This document shows, in pieces, positions 12,090 through 24,950 of a DNA stretch of 64,000 nucleotides. The notes under the pieces were generated by a model, which ran no database searches, was not told the DNA's origin, and worked only from the letters and a program-made list of their open reading frames with translations. The position numbers and the translations under genes are program-made. Source of the DNA: Marsupella aquatica (lineage: Eukaryota > Plantae > Marchantiophyta); the NCBI GenBank assembly GCA_973895155.1, contig OZ316891.1, forward strand, positions 7,867,808 to 7,931,807, read 5' to 3'. Positions within the stretch are counted from its first letter, which is position 1. Each line of letters begins with the position of its first letter.

Positions 12090-12460
12090 TTTATTAACCC
12101 CCCGATATCCGCCTACAGTCGGAAAACGAATGGGGTAACCTACGACGAAACCAGGTCATATTATACAAAAACTGAGCCAACTAAATAAACTGGAACAAAG
12201 TGTACCCTTCACACGCGAGGGGACATAGCCAATTAGCCACAGCGGCGACAGTACAAAAGCTTCATTTGAAAATATGCTGCCTCCTGCCATCCATGATCCA
12301 TCCCTCGGAGTCTCGTACCTCGTGTCGGCGAGGCTTTCATTCGACGTTGCGCCGCTGCGGCCTAGGTGTTATGGCTCGACGGCAACAGGCCAAAAAGGCT
12401 GACACGAGGTTCCCCCCACATGCCTCACGTCGGGGATCGAACCCTGCCCGCGTGCCAGCT
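12090..12460 (-). mobile_element. Putative tRNA-related SINE, probably 5'-truncated
   Basis: Minus strand has a B-box-like GGGTTCGATCCCC (~12445-12433), a GC/CpG-rich structured body and a 3' stem-loop ending in TTAATAAA. No clear A box or TSD. Confidence 0.4.
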
Positions 12461-12719
12461 TAAAGAGACACACCCTGACATGATGATATTCAGTTGTGCA
12501 CCTCATTCACAGCGTAGTTTTCAAGTATATTCACCTTCTGCCACTTTTAATCCGTAAATGATTTCAGGGATTCCCTTTGATTTTCTTTCAATTGTTCACC
12601 TCCTGCCAATCTTAGCTTTTTGGAGATTTTCTTTGATTTTCTCTGACCTTGCTAATCTTAATTTTTCACGGATTTTCTGGTCGTCAGATCTCCTTAGATT
12701 GCAGGATGATCGGACATAG

Positions 12720-12965
12720 GCACTGTCATGATATCTACCCATGCCAGGGGTCAATAAAACATCCCAGCCCTGACATGATATTCGCCTTGCTAGAGGCCAA
12801 CAAAAAACCCCAGTCCCTGGCATGATGTTCACCTTTCCCAAGGGCCAACTAAAAAAACCAGGCCCTGACAGGAGGTTCAGCGTTTGCAAGAGGGCCAAAC
12901 AGAAAAAAAAACCCAGCCTTGAAATTATGGCCAACAAGAAAACATACCAGGCCTTAACATGAAGC
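12720..12965. repeat. Degenerate ~47-bp tandem array, about 5 copies
   Basis: CCAG-CCCTGACATGAT-TTC...GGCCAAC-AAAAAA recurs at about 47-bp spacing. An isolated related copy lies at about 12473. Confidence 0.7.
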
Positions 12966-15261
12966 TTTTCACTCATAACTCTGTTGGCAGTACAACTGGG
13001 ATGTTATGAGACTTTTGGGGGTGGTCTAGTTAAACTAGACTCAGGTGAATGTTTTCTGTTGAACTATAAGCCCTTCCACATGGATGAAGGCCGGGAACTC
13101 TTCCTAAATATAATGTTTTGAAGACTCACAAGAGAGGTTTATGCTCACTAACCCATGACTGTAACACTCTTTTGTCTTACTCCTCTCAGGGATTAGACTG
13201 CGCAGCACCTCCAGCCAATGGGTTACAGTGCACCTAGGTAAAACTAGACTTGTAATCCGTGTCTGATAATCCAAGGCTTTATAGCGAGTATGACGTGTAA
13301 CTTTTCTTCTGACCGTGAGTACCCTCCACTTGGAAGGTATCAATATTGACCATATGATAGCTACATTCTCTTCATTGAAATAGGCTGAACAATGGAATCT
13401 TCTCGAATTGGTCTACGAATTTTCACCAAATCTTCTAGATTCTATTTTCTTGGTAATCTCTCTCATGTCGCAACGTAGCAACAAGAATCAACAAAACATG
13501 CTGATGGCATGAGGTCCATATTGTAGTGTACTTATGAGTCAATCTGCAGATGCCACCACGTACACCTGTTTAGTTCCCACAAATTGACAACTGTACCACC
13601 AAGGGAACCATAAAAAATATATATCCAGTCTTATATCTTAAAATTACATAAATGTTCGCAGTCAGCTTGTTGCAGGACAGTACATCAGAGTTTGTCCCCA
13701 AGACAAGAAAGTACACAAGCTCTGGCATAATATATATACGGTTTTTAAATTACAACTGTCATCCTAAAAGGGTCTTGCCTTTTCAATTGCGTAGGTGAAA
13801 TATAGACCTCTCCCACTCACTTCCATCATAGGACTTGTGCACAGGACATGTGTACAGGAAAGTTGTTTTTGGGACATGTACAAACTATTTTTAAATGCGG
13901 TTTTAGTACTCACCAAGCTTTTTCGGTGATTTTTAAAGAAATATGAACTATCTTAGTTAAAATGCGATCCTGTAGAGAACATAGAGTCCAGTAGATATCA
14001 CATTATATATATGAGCTCCAGATTGTTCCCTACAGCGAATTAACGAGCTGACATTAATATTCAAAATTTCACAAATATACAACATGCTCTTTAAAATATA
14101 CAATTCGTTACCTGAATTACTTGATAATGGAACTCGTAGTTTCACAATCGCTGTGCTTTTCTATATTTGACACCCGAAGCATCTTCATTCTGCAGCGTCG
14201 ATCTTAGGATTGAGGGCCCAGATTCTGCCACCAGTAGAATATTCTCACATTCGCTGGTGCTGTCAGCGCACGCGAAAGTAAAGGGGCTCTGAAATCTGCC
14301 CATGAGTTGGAATGCACCCACCATTGGAAACGTCTGATTGGTCCACATCACTCAATGCTGCAAAACCCGAGTAGCACTGTTTCCATCCGCTCGCGCCTTG
14401 GAAAGGCATCACTAACCAAGCCAGGTTTCAGATTCATGCTATAGAGGGATTTGTGAGCAAAGCTTTTGTAGCAACGTTCATGTAGGATTGGAGTTCGGAG
14501 GTTCGGAGAAAGCATCATTGACGAGGCTGGGTTTCTAATTTGTCCAGTCGTTAGCTTGGGTAGTACTATTCCGGTCGAGTATAGTGCTTCTTTTCTCGCG
14601 TGAAGCAACAGAGTCCAGATAGACACAGAGCAGTCGAAAGCTCGACTAGCTCGACTCGTAGCCATGTCGATTCGTCTTGCCGAGCTTTTGGCGATGGTGC
14701 CACGAGAGCTCCACCTCCTCAGTGTGGAGACCTCTCGTGCGCTCTGCCTCGCCTCGGATGCTGCCATCCTGGCAGCAGCAGCAGCTGCGGGGTAAGAACT
14801 GATTCTTTGCTTGGCCTCCACACTGGATGGATGCGAGGTGGAGATAGGAAAACACCGTTACGTTGTCGATTGGATTCGATTTGGTTGATTGTCGTCATCA
14901 TAAAGCATTGTCGGGGAATGGAGTCGGTACTGCTTTCGCTTGCGGAAGCTGATGTTGATTTTCCCAGGACCTGTGGCGAATTGCGCGTGTGGTCGCTCGT
15001 GTGGTCGACGACGATTTCGGTGAGCACTGGAGTTTGTCGTCGTCGTCTTGTGTGGTGCGTTGTTCTTCGAGCTCTGGGTATGTGCAGATTGCAGTAGGTG
15101 GTGTTGTCGTCCGGACTTTGGATGCTCCGAGGTAGTGCGTGACATTCTCGGGTAACTGACAGGACACCGAATTGTGTGGGGAAGTAGTTGGATGGGAGGC
15201 GATGGAGGCTTCCATTTTTAACATGGAGGAGTTTGAAGACTGAGGAGTAACGAGGATAGCA

Positions 15262-16596
15262 ATGGCGAGGGCAGGGCCGAGTAGATCCCCCGGGGTCCAA
15301 TTCGACGCTGCAGACAGTTTCTCGCGGAATGACTCGTCATTTTTCGATGCCTCAAGTAGGAAGAAGGAGGTGTTGGCCGCGAAGAGTGTCGTCGAGGAGG
15401 TGAGAAGGAGAGTGGTTCATTTGAGAGGGGGGCAAACGAAAGCTGAAAGAGAGAAAGAAGAGAAGGAGAAGGAAGAGAAATTGGAGAAAGCCCGCGCTGC
15501 AGCCTGGGCTTGGTATCAACATGGGAAAGGAGGGAAAGAAAGTGTTTCGAGCAGCAGTAGTCTTTCTAGTGTTATCGGTGCCTCTGCGCCCGCTAATCGA
15601 TCGGGAGAGCTTGGCCTCAAATCCTCAAGATTTAAGACTGAGGCCTTGAAAGGTTCTGGTTCTGGTTCTGGTCCTGGTCATCCTTCTAGTCCTTTCTTCT
15701 CACAGCCGATACAATCGGATCATCGTCTAAGGGGAGAATCTTCTAGTCGCATGCGGACTGATTCTGGTCGGAGTTGGGACTTCTCCAATGTCCCAGTAAA
15801 CTTCAGTAGAACGAGCTCACTTTTCGATTCTTACGAACTCGACTCCATGTCGAAGCACATTGACAATGCTTTTCAGGGAGATGGGTCAGCACACCCAACT
15901 TCAACGACTGAAATTACCACTGTTTCGCGTCCGAGCTTCAGCTATGTTCCCAAAGTCCAAGTTGGACAAGAAATTAAGCGCAAAATCGGGGGGCTTCCTG
16001 CCCCGATGCGGCCCCCAGGAGCTTATCATCCGGCTCCACCCTCTGTACCGCCTGCGATCTCTACCAATCCGCCAGGCTCGCAGCAGGTTTTGAATCCCGG
16101 TTCTTCGAAGGTTACCAGGAGTTCCAGCATGCGATTGCAATTTCCCCGGTGCATTTGCAGTTCAATTTCCGACGTTGTTACTCACGAGGAGATGGCCCTC
16201 GGTGTCGACATAAAGAAGTGTGACTGCCCGACGAATCCAGGTGACGGGAGCGGCTGGAGTCTGCGCAGGATCACGAGGGCTATTCAGGAGTTTATTCACT
16301 TGCCAGACATTGAATACCACCCTCAACAGGAGCATCACGAACGACGTCATGCACGACTGCATCTTCACCATCACCACCATCACCATCATCGGCACGACCA
16401 TGAATATCACCATCACCTACACTATCAAATCAAAGTGAGAGACGGGGTGCACCACGGTAATTTTTTTACTACAAATCCCGGGAAACCAAATCCGCATCAA
16501 TGCCCCGTGGAAGTTACAAAGGACAAGGATTATCTGTCGTCCCCTCGTCTGAGCATCAATAAGAGTTCCCCCAAAGTGTCCCCGAAGGTCTTCTGA
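15262..16596 (+). CDS. Uncharacterised intronless plant protein (444 aa) with AAAWAWYQHG, SRFKxEA and SLFDSYE motifs and a His-rich C-terminal tract
   Basis: Long ORF with good start context (gcaATGGCG). The three short motifs match a land-plant family of unknown function as I recall it; not searched. Confidence 0.85.
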   Translation: MARAGPSRSPGVQFDAADSFSRNDSSFFDASSRKKEVLAAKSVVEEVRRRVVHLRGGQTKAEREKEEKEKEEKLEKARAAAWAWYQHGKGGKESVSSSSSLSSVIGASAPANRSGELGLKSSRFKTEALKGSGSGSGPGHPSSPFFSQPIQSDHRLRGESSSRMRTDSGRSWDFSNVPVNFSRTSSLFDSYELDSMSKHIDNAFQGDGSAHPTSTTEITTVSRPSFSYVPKVQVGQEIKRKIGGLPAPMRPPGAYHPAPPSVPPAISTNPPGSQQVLNPGSSKVTRSSSMRLQFPRCICSSISDVVTHEEMALGVDIKKCDCPTNPGDGSGWSLRRITRAIQEFIHLPDIEYHPQQEHHERRHARLHLHHHHHHHHRHDHEYHHHLHYQIKVRDGVHHGNFFTTNPGKPNPHQCPVEVTKDKDYLSSPRLSINKSSPKVSPKVF

Positions 16597-18179
16597 CCGT
16601 GAGAGTGAGACGTACATCAATAAGTGTTTTCAATGGTTGAATGCATTACTCTATGGGGTGCTCCACTAAGTATTAGTACTACAGTACTGCTATAACGAGG
16701 TAGCTGATTACGATCAGCAAGTTTTGAGAGTCTGAGTTGTTTCTCTAGGAGTGGAGAGATATCCACTCGGTTCTAACGCCGACTTTCTCGTGAGGGACTC
16801 ACACATGGCGGTGTATCATCTGAGTACAGTACCGAATGTTCTCTGCTGATGGCTCAGATAGATAGCACGTCATCTGGATTCTGGAAGGTGTTTGGTTATC
16901 ATGTGGTGTGACTGTTTACTTTAATTATTCTCTGCCGGGGACAATCAGTTAACAAGCCGTGGTTGTCAAGGATGTAAACAGCCCGAAGAGCGTTCGGAAG
17001 GAGGGTGGGAAGGAGTGTTGCTTGGTGGTGCTTCGTTTGATGGGGGATAGGAGGACAGAAAAATCGACCTGGCCGGAGACGAATATTTGCTTGCAGCTCA
17101 TCTAGGGGGAGCTGTTCGCATCCCCTTGCGGCAAGAGGGATTTTACTATTCGATCTTTACTGAGTCCACAATCCTCAGAAATGCAGCACTCTTTTTAAGC
17201 AGCCCATGGCGGGCTTGTCCTGACGATCGACAGGAGGCAGGCAAGAGGTCGATGGGGTCCTGAGGTCGGTCTCGTTCAGCTCAGCGTTTGTGACGTTTTC
17301 TTCGGGGTTCTGGCTCTTTGGTGTGGTAATTTGCATAACAGAACTAGTTTGACACCGATTTCCTTACTCTGCGGTTAGACGGATGTACGTGGTTTCGCAA
17401 GCATGTTGCGGACGTAGGTGCCCGCTACAGAACAAGGAAATTGTGTAAGAATCTTGCGTACGTGCGGTGGATTGCCTTTTGTAGGTTTTCCACAACACAT
17501 CTCCTCGATTTGGTGCTCTTACCAATGCGTACACAAGGTGAGTTTGGTTTCATATGGATTGTTCAATTCTGTTCAGTATAGTCAGCTACTGTAGAATTTG
17601 TTGAATTCCGCTTTCTCGATTGATTTTCATTGTTTGTGATTTTTCTCTTACACTTATTATTAGTAGGTGCCGGCGTTATGGAATTAGGCCAGTGATGCAT
17701 TGTATCGTCTGATCTAATTTTCTAGCGTCTCGCGGAAACAGGTCTGCCCTTGTATCCGCAGGGTCCGTTCCTGTTTGTGTGAAATCTCGGTCGTCATAAG
17801 GGCATTGCATCTTCGCGATCCAAGAATGCTTCAACATGGTGGCATTAGCGATTCTAGGTCGAGGTATTGAATAATCAGCCATCACCGAGTTCGGACTCGA
17901 TCCAATTAGCTTTAACGAAGCTATTATTTACTTGCAACGGGAGTGTTGCTGACGCACATTGCACGCAGGTGTGCCTCTGCCGGCCAGTGTGGACGTTCTG
18001 AAGGCTTAGAGAGTCAGATCTGCAATAATGTCTGGAATGGCTCATGGTATCATGTGCGCGTTCTATTTGACTTCACCATTTGTTAGGAATCGCTTAAGTT
18101 CGATCTATGTTATGATCGCTTCTAATTACCGTCTAGATTGGGAGTCAGCAATTTCTAGTGTGATTCATCAAGTGGAAAT

Positions 18180-18425
18180 GAATTTAGCGAAGTTTTCACG
18201 TTGTCGTGAACTTCATTCTTGCCTGGAGCGACATTGCTCGGGCACAGAAACTCATCATCGTCGTTCGGAGTGTAGCATTTTCTACTTCGATGGATGAAAT
18301 TAAATGAATTTGGCACTGAATTTCTCGGGATGAGGAACGCATTTAGCGAAGTTTTGACGTTGTCATAAAATTCGATCTTGCCTAGATCGGCATTTTTCAT
18401 GGGAAGATGAAATCGTCGTTATCGG
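18180..18425. repeat. Diverged ~160-bp-period duplication
   Basis: ATTTAGCGAAGTTTT-ACGTTGTC-T-AA-TTC--TCTTGCCT at about 18182 and 18341. Confidence 0.7.
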
Positions 18426-19008
18426 CCGGTGAAAAGCAGTCATGTTGTCTCACCCTTGTGTCTTTTCTAATTACTCTACCACAATTCGAAATTGATTTTT
18501 TAGCTGCTCTGAGAGGCTATCGTGAGATCTCGTCGTTGTCTTTCCTCCACACAGACGGTGACCATGGATCATGACATTCCGTGCGGTTTGTGGGAAATCT
18601 TCGATTGGTTATCTTTTGTTTAATTTCATGTGGTGTGAATTCCGTCACTGTCCATCCGATGCCTAATTTGGTCGGCTACCAGGAACATAGTGGGACCAGG
18701 ACCATGATTTCTCATCAATTGTCTCACTACTGATGGGGATTGGAATGTTGTGGAGGATTGGGTATTGTATAATTGTTCTACTGATTGCTCCCTTAGACTG
18801 CAGAGCTCATAGAGAAAGCCTAGTCTCGTAGAGCATCTCGTCCTGTGGCTAGTAACAGCGATTGTAATATATTATGTTCTGAAATATTGAGCCGTTCGGT
18901 TCATCACACAGCTTATAAGCTTTAATGATCGGTAATTTTGCAAGGAGTATTTTAAACAGCTGCTTGCGACATAATTAGACTTCATACTTGTGATGATTCT
19001 CTGCACTA

Positions 19009-19076
19009 ACGTGGGAAGGCGTGTGAAAATCGTCAAGTTCAGCACATACGTGGGAAGGCGTGTGAAAATCGTTAAG
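19009..19076. repeat. 39-bp-period tandem duplication
   Basis: ACGTGGGAAGGCGTGTGAAAATCGT-AAG occurs twice. Confidence 0.8.
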
Positions 19077-21190
19077 ACATACGCGGTTGCCTCACTTTGT
19101 TTCATCGTACAGCGAAAAAGCTTTGTGTTCAGGATCGTTAGACAGCAAATAAGCTTCGTATACAACGTCCTCTACAGAGGTCAAAAGGAGTATTTCAAAC
19201 GGTTTAGAGAGATTTTAAAAATTGCTGCAAGTCCACATAACTTTTGAGATAACGAGTACTTCGTATCTGTAATGATTCTCCGGAGGGAAGATGTGAAAAG
19301 GAAATACTCATTTATTGCTGATTTGTGGTGAGGGTTTCTTTCGGAAATCTTTACACAATATGTTTTGTTGGTGATAGTAGCCACTGTCGGAGAGCTCAGA
19401 CTTTCGTTTTTCTACCCCTGAAAAACGAAAGTAGAAAACCCCTGATTTCATTATCTTGCCGTGTCTTCACCGGAATGGTCTTTTAAGCTATTGGTAATTA
19501 TTTCATACTCGCGATCCCGCTCACAGTCGTCACAAACTTCGCGAACTATCACAACGGAGCCATGAACGGACTCAAATCACCCAAATCACTCAAATCACTC
19601 AAAATCACCCAAACGAACGGGCCATGAATATGTTCCGTATTGTGGAAGCCATGATTTCCAGAGCTAGACACAGATTTTACTCTGCATTTCTCAGGGGCAT
19701 CGTGTCATTTTACGATTTCTTCGTCTTCATATTCTGCACTGAAAATTGTCACTTCAGAGACGATCTCCCCTCAGCTTTGATATAATTCTAGACAAATTAC
19801 TTCCTATTTTGCGATGTCTCTCCACACAAAGATCATGGCGGAACTAAACCAGAGAATAGAACTAGATCCGACCATTTCAGCATAACACACGCCAGCGGAG
19901 CAGGGCCAAGAACCACCCAGGACTAGCACAACTGCCACATCACATTCATATCATTTGAGAAAGGTTGATTTGAGAAATCACTCAAATCACCCAAATTTCT
20001 CAAGAAAGAAGTTCGGAATTCTACAACTCATTTCACCAAAATTTAGTGGCATTGTATTTGTAATTTGTAAGCTTAGATGACCCGTGCAGCCCAGTTCTTA
20101 CGAAGACCTGAAGAAATCATTCTACAAACTATGATGGCTTGTAAGCATACTCTCTCCCATCTCACGAATATATCAGATGTATATCACTACATAGCATCGC
20201 TTGAAGGTCAACTTCCGTAAGTGGTCCGTGTTACTACCCTAACCCTATGTTCGGTGGAACAAAGGAAGAACATTCTCTAAGCGTCTAAATGACTTGGGAG
20301 CGACTATGTGCACGCATTTTTGTTTGTCACCAACAGCTTTGTTCTCACTGAAGACATCTCATGGACAGTGCCGATTTTAGGAAAGAAGGGACGACATATC
20401 CCCAGATCTTGTGCAGGTCGCTCAAGAATTCTGGTGACATTTTTTTGATCCAAACTTTGGTGACAGTTTTCCAGGTTGATACCGGGGTGCACATATTCCC
20501 CATTCACCACATTGTGTGGAACAATCCTAGCTGTTTCAGCCGCACCCACTTCCTTGCTTCGCCAGTCCTCAAGATGCGAGAAGTCCTCCATCCCAAGATT
20601 AGGTCGTGGATAAAATTTGCATCCGAATGATGCAGATGGGCCTTTCCTTTCTGGAAAAGAATGTCAGGAACAGCCAGAAACGATTACAAGCACGAAAAGG
20701 AAGAAGGAAAAAAACAAGTGGCATACTACGGGAAAGCTTTTTGTTGCCTTGCAACATCCAATTGAATCCCATTCAAAGAGACAGTACATCAGGGTGGCCC
20801 ACGAGGGAAGCTTCTGTAACAGTTTGCACAATTCAAGATCAATATCCTCATCACTTCACTCTACCTTAGACTGAAAGGAATCTAGAACAATGTACCTTCC
20901 AATGTACCTTCCATCAAGGACTCTGCGGCATTTCTGGAGACCTGGAAATTCCTTCCCAGCTTCCTTTAATTTCGACATATCCTTCGAAAGACGACACTTC
21001 ATAATCTTGACTGCTGATGGGATTTGAGGATCGAGCCAACCGATCGATTTCTAGAGTTCCTTACGGCTGCTCTCCGTGTAGGCTTGTTCACAGCAGGAGC
21101 TTGGAAGCTGCCGGGGGAAGAAACGATTTAGCCAAGGGCATGACGGCTGCCCGGATCTAGGAAATTACAGTAGCCGACCAGAACCATCCG

Positions 21191-23182
21191 TCAAGGCAGT
21201 AGCTTCGAAGTTGGAGAATCGCAATCATCGTGGAGCGGAATTTCGAGAGCATTCTGGGAGTACTTGCAAAGTTTGGCGAAAAGACGATAGCCGGAGCTCA
21301 GGAAAGTAGTCGCCAGGGCAGCGATTGCCAGCAAGCTCACGACAGCACAAGCCAGAGTCCTCTCATAGAAGAACTCTAGCTTTGTTGGAGGACTGCTGGT
21401 CGTTATGGTACCGCTGGAGTCAAAAGCGTTTAAGGTGGCGGATATCAGCAGGTAGGCAAACGTCTGCAAGCACGCCGTTACCCACTCAAACGGCTCAAAG
21501 ATCAGCGACCTTGGGCGTACGTAAATAGCGGACGAAAACTATTAAAGCAATTCTTCGGTATGCAGGAACCTGCACACTATGACAGATATGGCTTTGAAAA
21601 ATCCGATGCATTGCTAAGCGATAACAAACTTTTGGAGAGTTTCCATGGCAATAAATGGAAGTCTAGATGCTCTGTTAACCACACACAGATACCTATGTTC
21701 CTAATCATAATCACGTTTGCACACAACTTGTCAAATCCAATTACAATGCCTTTTTCGTTCAATTTGAGAAGTCAAGCATCGATCATGATCCCAGAATCAA
21801 GCGTTTCTCACCTAAAGAGCTCAACAACTACTTGGCTGAGAGCCCGAGTCCTAAGATTTTCAATCTTCGTGCTTATAAACGGAACCTAAAGAGCACAGAA
21901 AATAGGAATCCAATTTTTCTGAGGTGCTCAAACAATACATGTCAACCTCCTTGGCTCGACATTCGTTGCCGTCCGTCACTCAATATTGCAAATTACAAGT
22001 TATGAGATCCTATTTTAGTAAGGCATGGTTTCTTCAAACAGTCATATCTGAAAAGCTCTGCTGTTTTAACACTGTGGTACACAAAAACCCAAATGAGATT
22101 CAAAAGTAGAGAACTGTCATGGCGAGAGTAAATTTGTTGTCTTACCTGATCAAGTTGAAAAACTGACAGCAGAAACAAGAGATTGTTTGAACCACGGGAG
22201 TGCCTATTGACAGATTGGAAAATCGTCAAGCTCAAAGTGGCGCAGGAGTACAAAAAGACGACCACATTTACTGATAGCATGTATCTGTCACAGGATAAAT
22301 TAGAGAGAATTCAACAGAGGCCAAAAAACATGATAACTACGCACTCTAAACCACGTGAGAAACGCTCGAAAAAAATGAGTCATTAAGTAACTCGCCAGCT
22401 TTGCGGAGTCTAGACCTCAATTCACGCAAGCCTACAACTAGTCTTGAATTTAAACTCCGTATTCACATGATGATGCCTTCCAACTCAGTCACTGCGAGAT
22501 ATAGCCCTAGATCTTACACGGTACTTTTCCATGAGACCCCTAATAATTATAGCCAATGCCTGATCGTTATAGCCAAATATAAATGGAAGATTCTCAATCG
22601 AAGCACCAGCAGTCAAAAGAGTTCGGGGTTCTGAACTGCATTAGAGACTGTACAAGAATAAGTGAAGTAGAGAGGACAACACGCACGGTGTCCAACTGGC
22701 AGAACTGGTTCATGCTCAGTAGTATTGCAATTAAGAGATGAGGTTAAACATGGTACTCACCCGGAGAGAAAGAAGTTCATGAATTCATTCTGCGATCTCT
22801 CCCAGTAGTGACCTTTCCATTTCACAGCTGTGAAGACCAGTGCAATGAGGCTCAACGTCACCGCTACGGATCTCAACACCGCATCCACCACACTCGCCAT
22901 GTAAGAAGTAGCTCGAAACTGCCTCAGTTCTTGAGCATCATCTTGCACCCCTTGCTCCAATTCTGGACTCCTCGCTCTCGCTGTGGACGTTTCTGGGTGA
23001 TTGATCAAAGATGGGTGGGGTGACAAAAGTGGCTCCATGGAGAAGTCACTCTCATCATCAGTTATTTCTCCCAGTGCAGAGGGAGATGCCTCGAGACTCG
23101 TGCGCTCTTCAGAACCTTCCATCGTCTTCCAAGCTTCTCCCCTGGCCCGGTTTGTCTCAGAATTAAGACTAGAACTTATCAT
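21191..23182 (-). CDS. CASP-like (CASPL, DUF588) four-transmembrane protein, 3 exons, about 277 aa
   Basis: Exons 23182-22761, 22284-22146 and 21463-21191 with GT-AG introns in phases 2 and 0. Spliced product has VLRSVAVTLSLIALVF, YMLSVNVVVFLYS, LDQ|TFAYLLISA and LSSGYRLF, the hallmark CASPL helices. The start may instead be ATG 23122. Confidence 0.88.
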
Positions 23183-24593
23183 AATCCACAATCTAAAGGT
23201 GGGTCACCTCCACGCTCAACACTACTCCTCTAAGAGATCGGATTGACAACATTCCAATGTTCAACAACCATTCACGAAGATCTCATTCATCCTCGAGGGC
23301 ATTAAGTATCAGTCATTTGCAACTCGCTCTCGAACATAACAAACTTACTCAATCACGTCACCCCCATCCCCTAACCCTCCAACCCACACCAATCCCCGAT
23401 CTGTTATCATCGATCTTCTCTCTGTCTGCTTTTGAGGATGCTGAAGCAACTCATCCGAACGGCTTTGCGTGCAGAAGCAGCGTTCTCGAATCCCACAGTT
23501 CACGGCGCAGCAGATCCATCACAGTCGTGCTCTTATCATCAACAACAACAACATACCAACATCTTTTACGACGCTGCTGATGACTTGATCCCCCATCTAC
23601 AACTATACCGTCGCACATTTCCGACATCTCTTCCACGGGGAAGAAACACTACCCGTCCTTTGATCCCTCGTGCCTTGCCTTGAATGCTGGCCACAAATTT
23701 CGGCGCTTCTTGTTACCTGGCTAACAAGCTACTCCTTGCAAGACCAGTGAAGCTAAATGTGCAGAAGAGAATTCCGGTCCATTTTTGTCGGAAAACTGAA
23801 ATGGTCCAGGTCTCCCTCATCCAGACAGGACGAGAGAGCCTTCTTCTCAGTTGGGCATCAAGCACTTTGTCGGCACAAGCAGCACAGAAGAAGAAGCTCA
23901 CAGGAGGAACTGTTGGAAAGTTCGATTACTGTACTTGGAGGTCACAGTTCACAGTTTCTCTGTTCTGTGCCGCTCCAGCCAAAGCGTTGTAAGGTCGTGA
24001 CCCACATCACGATTCTGTCTTCACTGTATGACTATCAACTCACAGATCATTTCGCACTGCGAGGTCGACCTGCACCATCACGATTCGGTATTAAGTGGAT
24101 GACTACTAGAAGTACAGCACCATCACTGATTCAGCGGTGCTCTGAACACGCGATTCCAGTAGTCTCTTGGAGGTAAGCTGGAACAAATCCGAATCCAAGA
24201 TTTCGCCTCTGCATCGTCATCAATCAATGAGCCAATCGTCAATCGTCAATCAACTAATAATAAAGTAAGGCGATCCAAGGTCTGATCTGCAGCAGTCAGG
24301 CAGGGCTCGTCTTTTCAAAAGAAAAATAAGTTGATGAGCATTCCTGCGAGCTGGAGGCGGAGGAGTGTGAGACACTGAGATTACGGGTGCTTTGTGTTGG
24401 GTCATTGGTCATTGCCTCAGTGGAATGACCGATGACCAATGACGAACTGTACATGATAATGAGTAAACTGGACGGGATGACGTCTCCATGTGTACAACAG
24501 AATGGGATCTAGTAGACAGTGTCGTACTGGACTGTACCACTGTACTGCTTGTAAGAAAGTAAGTTGATACAATGACAAAGAGAAGGAATAAAT

Positions 24594-24950
24594 TTGATTG
24601 ATTATGGGTTAATTGTCAAAGACTCGAATTGACTCTCTCGAGGTTTCCACTGTACCTTGTAGATAGAATGATGAAGAGAAGGAAGGAATGAAATGATTGA
24701 TTTATTGACTGATTGTCGAAGACTCGAATTGACTCTCTCGAGGTTTGTACTGTACCTTGTGGAGAGAATGACGAAGGCACGGAACGAATGGATCTCATTG
24801 ATTTTGGACGACTCGAATTGTCTTTCTTGAGGTTTCTACTGTACTTTGTGGATAGAATGATGATGAGAAGGAAGGAACATATCTGATTGGTTTAGTGATC
24901 GATTGATTGTCGAAGACTCGAATTGACTTTCTCCAGGTTTTTAGTGTACC
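24594..24950. repeat. Tandem repeat, 90-105-bp unit, 4 copies
   Basis: GACTCGAATTG at about 24621, 24721, 24809 and 24915, each followed by similar AGGTTT...TGTAC sequence. Confidence 0.85.

Noticed and set aside
12420-12460. tRNA gene suggested by GGTTCGATCCCC
   Set aside because: No cloverleaf, acceptor stem or A box; kept only as a SINE-like head.
14348-15300. ORFs of 150-190 aa upstream of the 444-aa gene
   Set aside because: Low-complexity overlapping frames typical of a long GC-rich 5' UTR.
20236-20250. Telomere-like CCCTAACCCTA (also near 23370 and 34727)
   Set aside because: Only one or two units each, which is expected by chance.
20304-20874. ORFs downstream of the CASP-like gene
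   Set aside because: No motifs or splice support; probably 3' UTR or intergenic.
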